From Deltaproteobacteria bacterium (lineage in GTDB: Bacteria; Myxococcota_A; Polyangia; Fen-1088): 64,000 nucleotides of DNA. Under the pieces are notes generated by a model. The model did no database searches. It was not told the DNA's origin and saw only the letters and a program-made list of their open reading frames with translations. Location of the stretch: contig JANRKS010000034.1 in NCBI GenBank assembly GCA_033763315.1, forward strand, positions 256,001 to 320,000, given 5' to 3'. This document shows, one piece after another, positions 19,775 through 29,336 of this stretch (its first letter is position 1; each line of letters opens with the position of its first letter). The translations under genes were made by a program, and so were the position numbers.

Positions 19775-21169
19775 CTAGCCCATAAAGCCTGCCAGGCCGC
19801 CACGACCTGCGTCTTGCACACCCCACGTCTCCTCGGGCAGCCCCATGGCGTTCAGGATGCTGACAAGCAGCCGGTTGTGCTCAACACCTAAGCCCTTGCG
19901 TGGTTCCCCGGCGCGGATGTATTGCCCCGTTTTTACGCCAAGGTTTTTGCCACCGATGGTCATAAACTGCATCGGGTAGCCGGCATGATCCTGCCCGTGT
20001 TCCGAGCCCACCACCACAAGCGTGTTGTCCAACATCGTTCCGCCCGTCTCCGGGATCGAGCTTAGCCGCCTGCACAACGCCGCCACTTGTTCTGACATCC
20101 AGATCTTCGCACGTTTATAGTCTTCGACGCTGGGATCGTTGTGAGATAAAGCGTGCCAACCTTGGGGCAGGTTGATGGGTGCAAAATTTGATGTCGCATC
20201 GTGATCATCTCGCCCCCAATTCTTGAACTCCACCACGCGGGTGAGATCACAAGCCAGCGCTGTGACCGTGATATCGATCATCATATTCATCACCTTCGGA
20301 ACGTCATGCGTGATGTGGTTTGTCCAAACAACGTTGGGCTCAAGTGCAAGGGGCCCGCAAGCTTGGCCTGATCCAGCCGTAGCAAAACCAGCAGAGAGCT
20401 GTTTTTCAAGTGACCTGCACGTTTCAGCCTGCGCCTCGGCGCGGGCCCGATCGGCCGCACCCAGCCGCTTCGCAAACGCCGTGGCTTCCTTGGCGCAGTA
20501 GTCGAGCACGCTTTTGCGGTTTGCCAGCCTTGCCATCACTTGCGGATCGGGTTGCGTCTTCGCTGTGAAGAGGCCATCGAAAAGCCGCGTGTATAGTGCA
20601 TACGGATTTCGCTCGATCGATCCGCGGACCTGGTTCCCGGTGTAATCGTGAACATGCGTTTGGTCGGGCTGCACGCCAAGTCCAAGCAGGGGACAACGGG
20701 GTGTTGCGAGTTTTCCGATTTTCTCGCTCATGTGGAAATCAATCGAGGCATTGCGCGCTTTGCCCCAGGACGGGTGAGGCGGCACTTTTTCGGCCTCGGC
20801 AGAGCCCGTCCAAAGCTGGATTGAGTAGTTGTTGTGGCTACTCGTGTCCTTCATGGGGGCGTTCTTCTGTTCAAGGTTCTGTATCACGACCATTTGATCG
20901 CGAAACATTTCGAGCGGCTTGAGCATGTGACCAAACACGCCGGTGGCGTAGGAGGTGCCGGCCTTGTAGTACCAAGACTCAGGAATGCTTTGCCCACCGC
21001 CTGGCAGGCCATTGGGGTGCTCGAAGAGAATCACCCGGCGTGGAGCCCCACCTTCGGCTGCATGCGCCTGCGGCAGGAAAGAACGGCCGAAAGGCCGCAG
21101 CGTGGGCGCCGCACCAGCGCCAATCAAGAGGGTTTGTAAGACGCTTCGTCGCGTGGCTGATTTCGTCAT
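19775..21169 (-). CDS. DUF1552 family Tat-exported protein (pair 2)
   Basis: ATRRSVL twin Arg; SID, RKSVLD, ALACDLTRV, WHALSH, LDNTLV. Confidence 0.9.
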   Translation of the reverse strand: MTKSATRRSVLQTLLIGAGAAPTLRPFGRSFLPQAHAAEGGAPRRVILFEHPNGLPGGGQSIPESWYYKAGTSYATGVFGHMLKPLEMFRDQMVVIQNLEQKNAPMKDTSSHNNYSIQLWTGSAEAEKVPPHPSWGKARNASIDFHMSEKIGKLATPRCPLLGLGVQPDQTHVHDYTGNQVRGSIERNPYALYTRLFDGLFTAKTQPDPQVMARLANRKSVLDYCAKEATAFAKRLGAADRARAEAQAETCRSLEKQLSAGFATAGSGQACGPLALEPNVVWTNHITHDVPKVMNMMIDITVTALACDLTRVVEFKNWGRDDHDATSNFAPINLPQGWHALSHNDPSVEDYKRAKIWMSEQVAALCRRLSSIPETGGTMLDNTLVVVGSEHGQDHAGYPMQFMTIGGKNLGVKTGQYIRAGEPRKGLGVEHNRLLVSILNAMGLPEETWGVQDAGRGGLAGFMG

Positions 21170-22932
21170 CAAAGGCCTCCTGGAAAGTTGCGTGCGTCGC
21201 GATAAAGGAATGAATCAGTGACGGTCAACGCTGCCAGAACATCGATCAGAGCCTCGCGGGGGACCTCTGCCGCAACAGCGGCTATCGATCCCTTGTCCAC
21301 GGGCAACCTATCGTCGATGTTGCCGGTGTCCCGCCCCAGCATAAATTCAAGCAGGTGGCTTACGAAGCAGTCATGCACCATCTGGCTGTTTGCCAGCTTG
21401 GTCACAAGCTCCGGTGCACCCTCAAATGTCCCATCCACGTCGGTGTCTACAAGCTTGCCCCGCGCTGATAGCGCCACCGTTCGGTCGCCAACCTTTTCGG
21501 TGTCGCGATCGCGTCCGATGACGTCGAATCGTTCAAACGCCCAACCGATGTCATCAATGCTCTTGTGGCAGGCCTGACACGAAGGGCTGTCGGAATGAGC
21601 CGCAAACCGCTCGCGGGTTGTGAGGTTTGGGTCGATGGAAGGTGGCGGTATGCCCGGTGGCGGCTCGGGCAGCACCTGGCAAAACATTTTGCGACGCACG
21701 AAGACCCCTGGAAATATCGGCGAAAACCGTGCTGAAGACGTTTGCGCTGCGATGAAAGCCGGTGTTGTTAGGAGCCCCAAACGCCGTGTTTTGTCGAGTG
21801 TGAGTGGGTTAAAGGTGGACCCTTTTGTGACTACGCCCCCGTAAAGTTGGCCAACGTTGCCGTCGGCGAAGGTGTTAGCCGCTGTGAGCAGGTCAGCGAA
21901 GCTACCTTTGCGGTTCCCGAAGGCGACGTCCTCGATCAGCAATCGACTTTCCTCCAACATCGACGTCACCAGGGCAGGTGAGAACAGGAGATCGTTTTTG
22001 CTCACCCCCCGTGCAATGTCGCTGATTTCCAGCCACTGCCAGAAGAAATCGCGTACGGCCCCGCGGGCGCGGACGTCGCCGAGCAACCGGTGCGCTTGTT
22101 CGAGAATGCTGTTGCGCGTTCGAAGGCCGACGTCCGCGGCGTCGAGAAGCGCATCATCAGGGCCCGAGCGCCACAGAAAGTACGATAAAGCGCTGGCGAT
22201 CTCCTGTGAGGTCAAGGGGCTCACGGCCTCCCCAGGCGCTCCACCGATCTCTGTGCGGAACAAGAAGGTAGGCGAATGCATCATGCCTTCGACCACCACA
22301 CCCATCGCTGTGGCAAAGTCACCGCGCGGGCGCGCTTGGTCGTAAAGGGCTTGCAAAGCGGCGCGCTGATCAAGCGTCACTTTCCCACGAAACATACGAC
22401 GCCCATAGCGGGTGATGAACTCACCAAGACAAGCGTGCTCTTGATCTTGCGCGATGTCCTTGGCGCATGGCAACACCGTCGGTAGCATCTTGATCACTTG
22501 GCCTGCCACGGCCTCGGCGCCGGTGGCCAACTGAAGGGCAAAGGGGACCGAGACATCGAGGCCTTCAAACACATTGTCGAAGTTGTGGCGCGCAACTTCG
22601 TCGATGATGTTCACTTGAGCTGGTTGGCTGCCTGCAAAGAACGCGTCCCGCACGCTGTTGGAGATTTCTACGGCGGTTAGCCGGCGAATGTGCGCGGGCG
22701 CGGGGCGAAGGGTGGCCGGCGGCCCGTCTGGCCCGTCAATTGGGCTTTCATTTTGCGGCGGCCGCGCGGGACCGACGTCGCCAGCAGATCCCTTCTCGAC
22801 TTGCGTGGGGGCGCTGACTGTGCCCGAGCAGCCCGCAGCCAGAGCCAACCCCAGGATGATGCCGGCGTACCAGGGCCGTTTTTGTGCTGATGTTTCATCA
22901 AGCTTGCGCGTCTGCGGACCCATGTTCCCCAT
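21169..22932 (-). CDS. DUF1592/DUF1588 lipoprotein with CxxCH (pair 2)
   Basis: Lipobox AAGC, IRRLT, SPTFLFRTE, RLGLLT, CQACH. Confidence 0.9.
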   Translation of the reverse strand: MGNMGPQTRKLDETSAQKRPWYAGIILGLALAAGCSGTVSAPTQVEKGSAGDVGPARPPQNESPIDGPDGPPATLRPAPAHIRRLTAVEISNSVRDAFFAGSQPAQVNIIDEVARHNFDNVFEGLDVSVPFALQLATGAEAVAGQVIKMLPTVLPCAKDIAQDQEHACLGEFITRYGRRMFRGKVTLDQRAALQALYDQARPRGDFATAMGVVVEGMMHSPTFLFRTEIGGAPGEAVSPLTSQEIASALSYFLWRSGPDDALLDAADVGLRTRNSILEQAHRLLGDVRARGAVRDFFWQWLEISDIARGVSKNDLLFSPALVTSMLEESRLLIEDVAFGNRKGSFADLLTAANTFADGNVGQLYGGVVTKGSTFNPLTLDKTRRLGLLTTPAFIAAQTSSARFSPIFPGVFVRRKMFCQVLPEPPPGIPPPSIDPNLTTRERFAAHSDSPSCQACHKSIDDIGWAFERFDVIGRDRDTEKVGDRTVALSARGKLVDTDVDGTFEGAPELVTKLANSQMVHDCFVSHLLEFMLGRDTGNIDDRLPVDKGSIAAVAAEVPREALIDVLAALTVTDSFLYRDARNFPGGL

Positions 22933-22965
22933 GTCGAAAACCTCTCGTGGCGGGTGAGGTAGGTT

Positions 22966-23054
22966 GGGTCCACGACCACTTGAAATCGGATCAGATTAAG
23001 TTTCTTCGTCCCGGATGACGATTCCCTGATCCGTTTTGCGGCGCTGGTGAGACA
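22966..23054. promoter_or_regulatory. Divergent putative ECF promoters (CTGATCCG...GAC)
   Basis: CGGATCAG (22987-22994) and CTGATCCG (23026-23033) form an inverted pair; each TGATCC is followed 17-18 nt later by GAC. Confidence 0.4.
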
Positions 23055-23109
23055 AACAGGGGAGCTCTTGTGCGCGGGTTCCTGCCGCGTGGGTTGGGCC
23101 GCAATCATC

Positions 23110-23733
23110 ATGCAATCTCACCCGCAGCCTTTCGGGGCCCCAGAGCGCGAACCCACGGATGCCCATCTGGTGCCGGCGGCGCGCCGCGGTGATGTGCTTG
23201 CGAAGGAGCTGTTGTTCCGACGTCACGTCAATATGGCCTTTGGCATGGCGCTGCGAGTGCTGGGAAGGCGACAGGACGTGGAAGATCTCGTGCATGAAAG
23301 CTTCATGGAGGCGTTGAGTTCGCTTCACAAACTACGTGAAGATATGCACTTCGGCACATGGCTGGGTCGCATCGTCATCAACCGCACATTGAAGCATCGG
23401 CGCAGGGAACGTTTGCGACAAAGACTGGGCCTAGACGCTTCTCAATCTGTGGATGTTTCAGAATTTGTGTCTGAAGCGGCGCCGCCCGATGTGCTGGCCG
23501 AACTCAATGCGATCTACGTGCGGTTAAGCGGTCTGCCTGAGCGTTCGAGGGTTGCCTTGATCATGCGGCGTGTGGAAGGGCGCAAAATGGAAGAGATTGC
23601 GGCGCTGATGGGCGTGTCCCTTGGCACGGTGAAGCGGCTGCTGACGCGCGCCGAGGATATGTTGGCCAAGGCGCTTGCCCCAACGAAGCGCGCACAGGCG
23701 GGGCGTGCAAGCGGGAGGGGTGATGGAGCCTAA
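23110..23733 (+). CDS. ECF sigma-70 factor (triad 1)
   Basis: EDLVHESFM, FGTWLGRI, RRVEG...EEIAALMGVSLGTVKR. Confidence 0.93.
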   Translation: MQSHPQPFGAPEREPTDAHLVPAARRGDVLAKELLFRRHVNMAFGMALRVLGRRQDVEDLVHESFMEALSSLHKLREDMHFGTWLGRIVINRTLKHRRRERLRQRLGLDASQSVDVSEFVSEAAPPDVLAELNAIYVRLSGLPERSRVALIMRRVEGRKMEEIAALMGVSLGTVKRLLTRAEDMLAKALAPTKRAQAGRASGRGDGA

Positions 23734-24868
23734 GGATGTGACAGCGTATCTGCAGCGCGCGGGCTGCTCCGACATCGAACAGACGCGCATGTGGCGAAGG
23801 CTTGAACGCGCGCTCGCTTCGACCGATGCCCCCCCACGCGCACGTCTTGCGGCACGGTGTTGGCGTGCAGCCACGATGGTCTTGTTGCTTGGGGCCGGTG
23901 GTGCAGCCACAATCTTTGGGATGATCAGCGCTCGCAACAGCGACGCACCACAGCCGTCGGAGCTTGTGGCACAGACCATGACCGGGAAGGTCACTACGAC
24001 GGCCGGCGATCGCGCTGAGATCGTTGTGCTGGACGATGGAGCGCGCGTGGCTTTATCCGCCCACGCCCAAGCCACCTTTGCAGCGACCGAGCATGAAACC
24101 ATCGTACACCTGCTTCGCGGCGACGCTTCGTTCCAAGCCGCACGCGCGCACGGCTCTGACAGACGCCCAGAGCGGCGGCACTTCACCGTGCATGTACAGC
24201 GGCTTGCTGTGGTTGTCGTGGGTATGCGCTTTCGCATAGATACGTTGGTTGACGAAGGCGCGGCAACGCGCATCACATGTGAAGACGGACACGTGGAGGT
24301 GCGTGGCAAAGGGCGTTCGCCCATGGTCTTGGCTGCAGGCGAGACATGGACAGCGGCAACAACAGCGATGGCTCCTGCACCTGGGCCTGCGACCGCGCGC
24401 AAGCCGATGGCCGCTGCTGTGTCCTCACGGCCGCACACCAAACGCACAAGCGTCATAGCATCCACAAGCTTGTCAAAAGAAGAGGCGGCTATCGAGCCGG
24501 AGGCATACAAAGCGTTCGAGCGGGCTGACCGTGCGTGGGTGCAAGGGCGCGCAGCCGAGGCAGCAAACATGTTCGATGCCGTTCGACGTCGGTACCCCAA
24601 CGACGCCACGGCACCATTGGCTGCTTTTCAGCTGGGGCGCATCCGCTTAGACGCGCTTGCAGATCCGCGCGGCGCGGTTGAGGCCTTGCAATCGGCGCGC
24701 GCGCGCGCGGGGGACACGCTGCGCGAAGACATTGACGCTCGTTTGGTTGAGGCGTTCGATCGAAGTGGGCAGACGCAGAACTGTTTGCGGGCGCGGTCGC
24801 GCTACCTTGCGGCCTATCCCGCCGGGCATCACCGTGACAATGTGAGCCAGCGTTGCCGCCAACCTTGA
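23723..24868 (+). CDS. FecR-domain anti-sigma factor with C-terminal TPR (triad 1)
   Basis: TM helix, LDDGARVAL, VVVVGMRFRI, GHVEV, LAAGETW; TPR AAFQLGRI...YLAAYPAG. Confidence 0.85.
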   Translation: MEPKDVTAYLQRAGCSDIEQTRMWRRLERALASTDAPPRARLAARCWRAATMVLLLGAGGAATIFGMISARNSDAPQPSELVAQTMTGKVTTTAGDRAEIVVLDDGARVALSAHAQATFAATEHETIVHLLRGDASFQAARAHGSDRRPERRHFTVHVQRLAVVVVGMRFRIDTLVDEGAATRITCEDGHVEVRGKGRSPMVLAAGETWTAATTAMAPAPGPATARKPMAAAVSSRPHTKRTSVIASTSLSKEEAAIEPEAYKAFERADRAWVQGRAAEAANMFDAVRRRYPNDATAPLAAFQLGRIRLDALADPRGAVEALQSARARAGDTLREDIDARLVEAFDRSGQTQNCLRARSRYLAAYPAGHHRDNVSQRCRQP

Positions 24869-25860
24869 GAGCCCGGCTGGTGCTCGCCTGGATTGCGGTA
24901 GCCGTTGCGGCTGGGGCGCGGCCGCGCTGCCTCAACGCTGCCGACGGAACCATTTGCGTTGCAGATGGCAACGAGCGCGTGGCATTGCGAGTGCCACTAA
25001 AGGATCCCTTGTGGCCCCTTGTGCCGGCGGTTCTGGCGCACCTTCAAGTGGAGCTGAAAGAAGTGGGCGTTTGCCTAAGCGGTGACGGCGACTCAAACCG
25101 CAGGCTGGTTGTGATGCGCAGCCTTGACTTGTTGGCTGCCGACGTCGAGATCGTGGTCGCTGATGGTACAGGAATTCCGCGTACACGCATGCTGGAGCTT
25201 CGGGCGGTTCCAGTGCACGCAAGGCCGTTGACGCTTGGAATTGCAACGATGGAGTTGCTTGGCGCCGTTGCGACAAAGCCGCGTGCACGGGTGCCGGTTC
25301 CGCTGGTGGCTGCGCCTGCGCCTGCGACGCCCGAAGCAACGGCGCGCCTGCACGTTGCCTTGGGTTTTGCCGCGCAGTCGTTCATGGGCGGCCGTGGCCA
25401 CGCACATGCGGGTCCCGATGTCGAAGTGGCACTGGGCGTGACGGAACGGAGCTCAATCAACCTACACGCCGCCTACCTCATGGCACCCGATGTACACACT
25501 TCATATGGCGCCGGCTCTGTTCGGGCTTTTGTGGCTGGTATAGGTGGCACACGCGTTTTGACGTCTTCGGCGCGCAGCTGGGGCGCTGCCGTTCTTGCGG
25601 AAACTCATATGCTTCGCCTGGCGGCTGTGGGCCACAGTGTGGATGTCGACGCCAGCGGACGCGCGGGATCGGCTATCGCGTGGGTCGTCGATGCTGGACC
25701 GCGTGCGTGGATCAGCTTGCACCCGCGCTTGCGGATGGAGATGACGCTCACGGCGGGGATCGTCCTTCGCAGCGTGGCGCTGACCGACGGAGAGCAAGTC
25801 GTTGCACAAGCGTCCGCGTTCGCGGGCACGGGCACCCTGCGGTTGGCAGCCGCCTTTTAG
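24853..25860 (+). CDS. Hypothetical secreted protein with C-terminal beta-barrel-like region (triad 1)
   Basis: Overlaps the FecR stop; Pro/Ala linker followed by amphipathic strands ending in F; shares an ARP-xL...E motif with 35925..36935. Confidence 0.6.
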   Translation: MPPTLRARLVLAWIAVAVAAGARPRCLNAADGTICVADGNERVALRVPLKDPLWPLVPAVLAHLQVELKEVGVCLSGDGDSNRRLVVMRSLDLLAADVEIVVADGTGIPRTRMLELRAVPVHARPLTLGIATMELLGAVATKPRARVPVPLVAAPAPATPEATARLHVALGFAAQSFMGGRGHAHAGPDVEVALGVTERSSINLHAAYLMAPDVHTSYGAGSVRAFVAGIGGTRVLTSSARSWGAAVLAETHMLRLAAVGHSVDVDASGRAGSAIAWVVDAGPRAWISLHPRLRMEMTLTAGIVLRSVALTDGEQVVAQASAFAGTGTLRLAAAF

Positions 25861-25867
25861 GGCTTCA

Positions 25868-26653
25868 TCAGGGGAGCCCTGCCGCCAAGTGTGCAACCTC
25901 CGCTGCAGACAAGGGCCGATCGTATATTCGTGCGTCGTCGAGCCAACCTGTGAATGGCTCGCCCTGTCCTGGTGAGTTGGCAAGACGAGCCACGGTGGTT
26001 GGCCCCGTTTGTGCCGGCGTGGTTGAACTGCCCACGAGAACGCCATCGACATAACAAGCGTGAAGCGTGCCATCGAAGGTGTAGGCCACATGGTGCCAAG
26101 CGTCTTGTGACGGTAAAGGCCCTTCGCAAAGGTGCACACCAATACGTCTCCACGCCGCAAATGTGACAACGTTCGATTCGGGTGTGTCACGGCGAATGCC
26201 AAACTGCACGGCCGAAGTTGTGATGTCGCCGATGCCAATCACGTCTTGTGAAAGCGAGCCAACGTCTTTGGCCAGATAGCGAAACCAGACCGCAAGCGTC
26301 TGAGGCCCGTTGACGCGTGGATACTGGCCCGTCAGATCCACCTGCTGCCTGCGTGAGCCATCGAAGGCCAAGCTGCGTGGGTTTGCGAACTGTAGCGGCG
26401 CTGTGATCAACGACGGTTCGGGTCCGTTGATGGGAATGCCGTGGGCGTTTTGGGATGAGGAGTCAAGCACGGGTGATCCAGGGCTGGTTTCGTCGAGCCG
26501 GAAGTGGCCCCGCAGCCCCGCCACAAGCGGCTTTGGAAGCGAGCCCGCGTCACGGGTCATCAACTCAAACAACGGCAGGCGTGCCTCCCCACACGCCGAA
26601 GCAAGGATGGCGATCAATCTTAGAGCCCGGATGTTGTCGCGAACGCGTGTCAT
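25868..26653 (-). CDS. LamG/concanavalin-A-like lipoprotein
   Basis: Lipobox ASAC; HFRLDE, LAFDG, WHHVAYTFDG, YVDG, FTGWLDDARIYDRPLS. Confidence 0.9.
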   Translation of the reverse strand: MTRVRDNIRALRLIAILASACGEARLPLFELMTRDAGSLPKPLVAGLRGHFRLDETSPGSPVLDSSSQNAHGIPINGPEPSLITAPLQFANPRSLAFDGSRRQQVDLTGQYPRVNGPQTLAVWFRYLAKDVGSLSQDVIGIGDITTSAVQFGIRRDTPESNVVTFAAWRRIGVHLCEGPLPSQDAWHHVAYTFDGTLHACYVDGVLVGSSTTPAQTGPTTVARLANSPGQGEPFTGWLDDARIYDRPLSAAEVAHLAAGLP

Positions 26654-26778
26654 GTGACGTTCTCATCGCGATTGTACTTTGTCGCGACGCCACTTGGTGA
26701 AAGTTGTCGGCGCTTTAGCAACTGCGTCGAAGCAAAAATCTTGAGCCACGATCTCATCGGCCCGCGTCTAGATGCCTT

Positions 26779-28470
26779 ATGCGAGTTCATTCACCTCAGT
26801 TCAATGTGACCGTCCTTGTGCTTCTGTTGTCGATGGGCTGTGCGGCTTCGATCAGCGATGACGATGGTGCGGGCGGGACGGGGGGTGAAGACGGCAAGGG
26901 CGGCGAGGCAGGGGCTGGTGAAGGGGGCGAGGCCGTCGTCGACAGTGCTGGCCGTGGTGGGCAAGCGAGCGGCGGTGCGTCGCTTACCGGTGGCGTCGCG
27001 GGAACCGCCGGACCGCAGGGCGGCAACACCACAACCCCCATAGGCGGCAACGGCATGTCCGCTTCGGGGGGCAACGCTGCCCCGGCGACGTTTGATGTCC
27101 CGAAACATCTATTGGCCACGGCCGAGGGCACAAAGAGCGAAGCCGCTCCGTCTGGGGTGCCCGCAACATGGAGCTGGGTTGTGGGCGCGACGGCACCGAA
27201 GTTATCGCCTCCCACCGCGGCTCACACACACGCCAATTATTGGGGTGCCGTGTTTCGTGGGCCGTCGAATAACACACCGAGCAACACGCACGTTGAGATT
27301 CGTGAATGCCAAGCTTGGGTTTTGTACCGCGGGTCCACGCAATGGGTGCGCATTGACAATGACGTGGGCCTTGGTGGTTCGACTTTTTCGCCCACCTACG
27401 CTGGTGGTGGACCAGCGCCTTTGTTGACGAAACAAACAAGTGGAGCGGATGTGGTACCTGCCCCTGGGTACATTTGGCACTACTGGCCCTCGAACAGCTA
27501 CCAAGCCATTCGGAGCACGGAGGTGCGCGAGGTCATTTCGAATTGTCAGACGCGGCTGGCTCTGCGCGACCCCAAAGGTACGGACGATCGGGACACCGCT
27601 GATTACATCAATCATGTGGGCATCGATTGGCGCGATCCCGCAGATCCAGCGTGTGTCAACAGCAACCGAGTGTGTCCAAGCTTCGGTGTGAGCATGTTCT
27701 TCAAGGTCGGCAAAGAGTGGCGCAACAACACGTTCCATAGCGTTACCAAGGCCGATATCGATGCAGGTGTGCCTCTGCCACCGGCGTCGATGTTCGCCGT
27801 GAGCTCTGCCGTGACGCCGCCAGCCGCGGGGGGGCCTTTACGCATCGTCATAATCGGCGATTCAATCACCGAACAAGTGGCTTCTTGGATTCATCCGTTT
27901 CAGCAGAACTTGATGTCGGCAGGATGCGCGTTTGAGCTCATCGGCTACGAACGCAGTCCGTACAATGGCGCTTACGTCGCACCTGCGGGCCTTTCGGCTC
28001 GTCGCATCGCTGCGGGTGGCTTTTCAAGCCGCGGCATTCGAAACTGGATCGATGCGAACGGCCGTCAGTTTGGCGGGGTTCCTGATCTCTTGATCGAGTA
28101 CTTGGGCGTCAACAACGTGTACGGAGGCTTTTTGGATGGAAAGTACAATCCGGATGTGAAAGCCGACGCAGCAGGCGCCTATGTGACAGACACGAAAGAA
28201 ATTCTTGGTTGGGCTCGTCTGCAAAACCCGCGTGTCGCCGCGTTCTTGATGAAGATTCAAGACAACCTTTTGGCCCAGATTGGCGTAGCCATCGAGCAAG
28301 TGGTCAAAGAGGCGAGCACAGCCGCGTCGGTGGTGCAATCCGTGGTGCCCGCCAGCGGCGTGTCCCGCGGCACGGATGTGCATCCGGACGCCGCCGGAGC
28401 CGCCCGGTTGGCGACGCCGATCTCCGAAGCCGTAATCGCCTTTATGAAGAACGCCGGTCGCTGCCGCTAG
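26779..28470 (+). CDS. Lipoprotein: Gly-rich linker, unknown Trp-rich domain and SGNH/GDSL-like hydrolase
   Basis: Lipobox SMGC; C-terminal IVIIGDSIT, LGVNN, DVHP. Confidence 0.7.
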   Translation: MRVHSPQFNVTVLVLLLSMGCAASISDDDGAGGTGGEDGKGGEAGAGEGGEAVVDSAGRGGQASGGASLTGGVAGTAGPQGGNTTTPIGGNGMSASGGNAAPATFDVPKHLLATAEGTKSEAAPSGVPATWSWVVGATAPKLSPPTAAHTHANYWGAVFRGPSNNTPSNTHVEIRECQAWVLYRGSTQWVRIDNDVGLGGSTFSPTYAGGGPAPLLTKQTSGADVVPAPGYIWHYWPSNSYQAIRSTEVREVISNCQTRLALRDPKGTDDRDTADYINHVGIDWRDPADPACVNSNRVCPSFGVSMFFKVGKEWRNNTFHSVTKADIDAGVPLPPASMFAVSSAVTPPAAGGPLRIVIIGDSITEQVASWIHPFQQNLMSAGCAFELIGYERSPYNGAYVAPAGLSARRIAAGGFSSRGIRNWIDANGRQFGGVPDLLIEYLGVNNVYGGFLDGKYNPDVKADAAGAYVTDTKEILGWARLQNPRVAAFLMKIQDNLLAQIGVAIEQVVKEASTAASVVQSVVPASGVSRGTDVHPDAAGAARLATPISEAVIAFMKNAGRCR

Positions 28471-28563
28471 GGTGGGGCCTCAGTACATGGTTGTTCTTCG
28501 CAGCACCCACGCGCTTGTGCGCCGAAGTTAGGGTTGAGCGCATCCTGCCGATGTTGTTTAACG

Positions 28564-29313
28564 ATGCCTCGTGTCCACAAGCAAAAGCGCACCGGCACCA
28601 GGCTTGTCATTTATTTGGCGCTGCATACCGTTGCTTGTGGGCGGTTTGGCTACGAACTGCAAAGCGGCGCCAACGCCGTGGACGCGTCCTTGTATGACGC
28701 GGGTGACGAAGAGGTTAGCTCGGCGAATGACGCAGCCAACCCCCCAGATGTTTCGCCCAAAGACGGGGCGATGATTGAAGATGCCGACGCCGGAACAAGT
28801 GGAGTAGGGGGTGCAGACCTCGACCTTGCGCCGCTGCTTGAACAAGGCTGGAAGGTCGTGTTCTCGTCCGACTTTAGCAGCCATTCCTCGGACTTCCCCA
28901 GCACGAAGGTGACTGAGTGTGGCGCGTTCGGTTCCGTCTTGGGTGGCGTCGACGTCTTGGGGCTCAAAGACAAGATAAACCTGCTGCTGAGTTTGCCGAC
29001 GCACAGCGAAGTCCAGGTCATAGCCGATTTTGTGACGATCGACTCATGGGACAACGAAAGGGCCTACCTCGACATAGAGAATCAACGCATGGTGGAGATC
29101 TCATGTGGAGGCGCAAGTAGCGCTTCTTGCAACCGCACCGCTGACCAATGCGGCAATGTCATAGGTGCCATCGGCCTTGATGGCCAAGTGCGCATGCAGG
29201 CCACCTTGCCTCACTCCGCCTATAAAGTGCAGATCGTTATTGGTGCCGTTTTAGACCAGCCGCGGCTCGATGAATCGTGGGGAGTCAACAACCTCGCTGT
29301 TCTCGTGAGGTGA
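28564..29313 (+). CDS. Putative lipoprotein with an LPxH...IDSWDNE...DESWG domain
   Basis: TVACGR-GY N-terminus typical of myxobacterial lipoproteins; acidic linker; conserved-looking C-terminal domain. Confidence 0.65.
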   Translation: MPRVHKQKRTGTRLVIYLALHTVACGRFGYELQSGANAVDASLYDAGDEEVSSANDAANPPDVSPKDGAMIEDADAGTSGVGGADLDLAPLLEQGWKVVFSSDFSSHSSDFPSTKVTECGAFGSVLGGVDVLGLKDKINLLLSLPTHSEVQVIADFVTIDSWDNERAYLDIENQRMVEISCGGASSASCNRTADQCGNVIGAIGLDGQVRMQATLPHSAYKVQIVIGAVLDQPRLDESWGVNNLAVLVR

Positions 29314-29336
29314 GCGTCAAGAACGTGGTCGCTTGT

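Noticed and set aside
23524-24609. Long antisense ORFs (also 43752..44537 and 36280..37023)
   Set aside because: Shadow frames of well-supported genes in GC-rich DNA, with no motifs.
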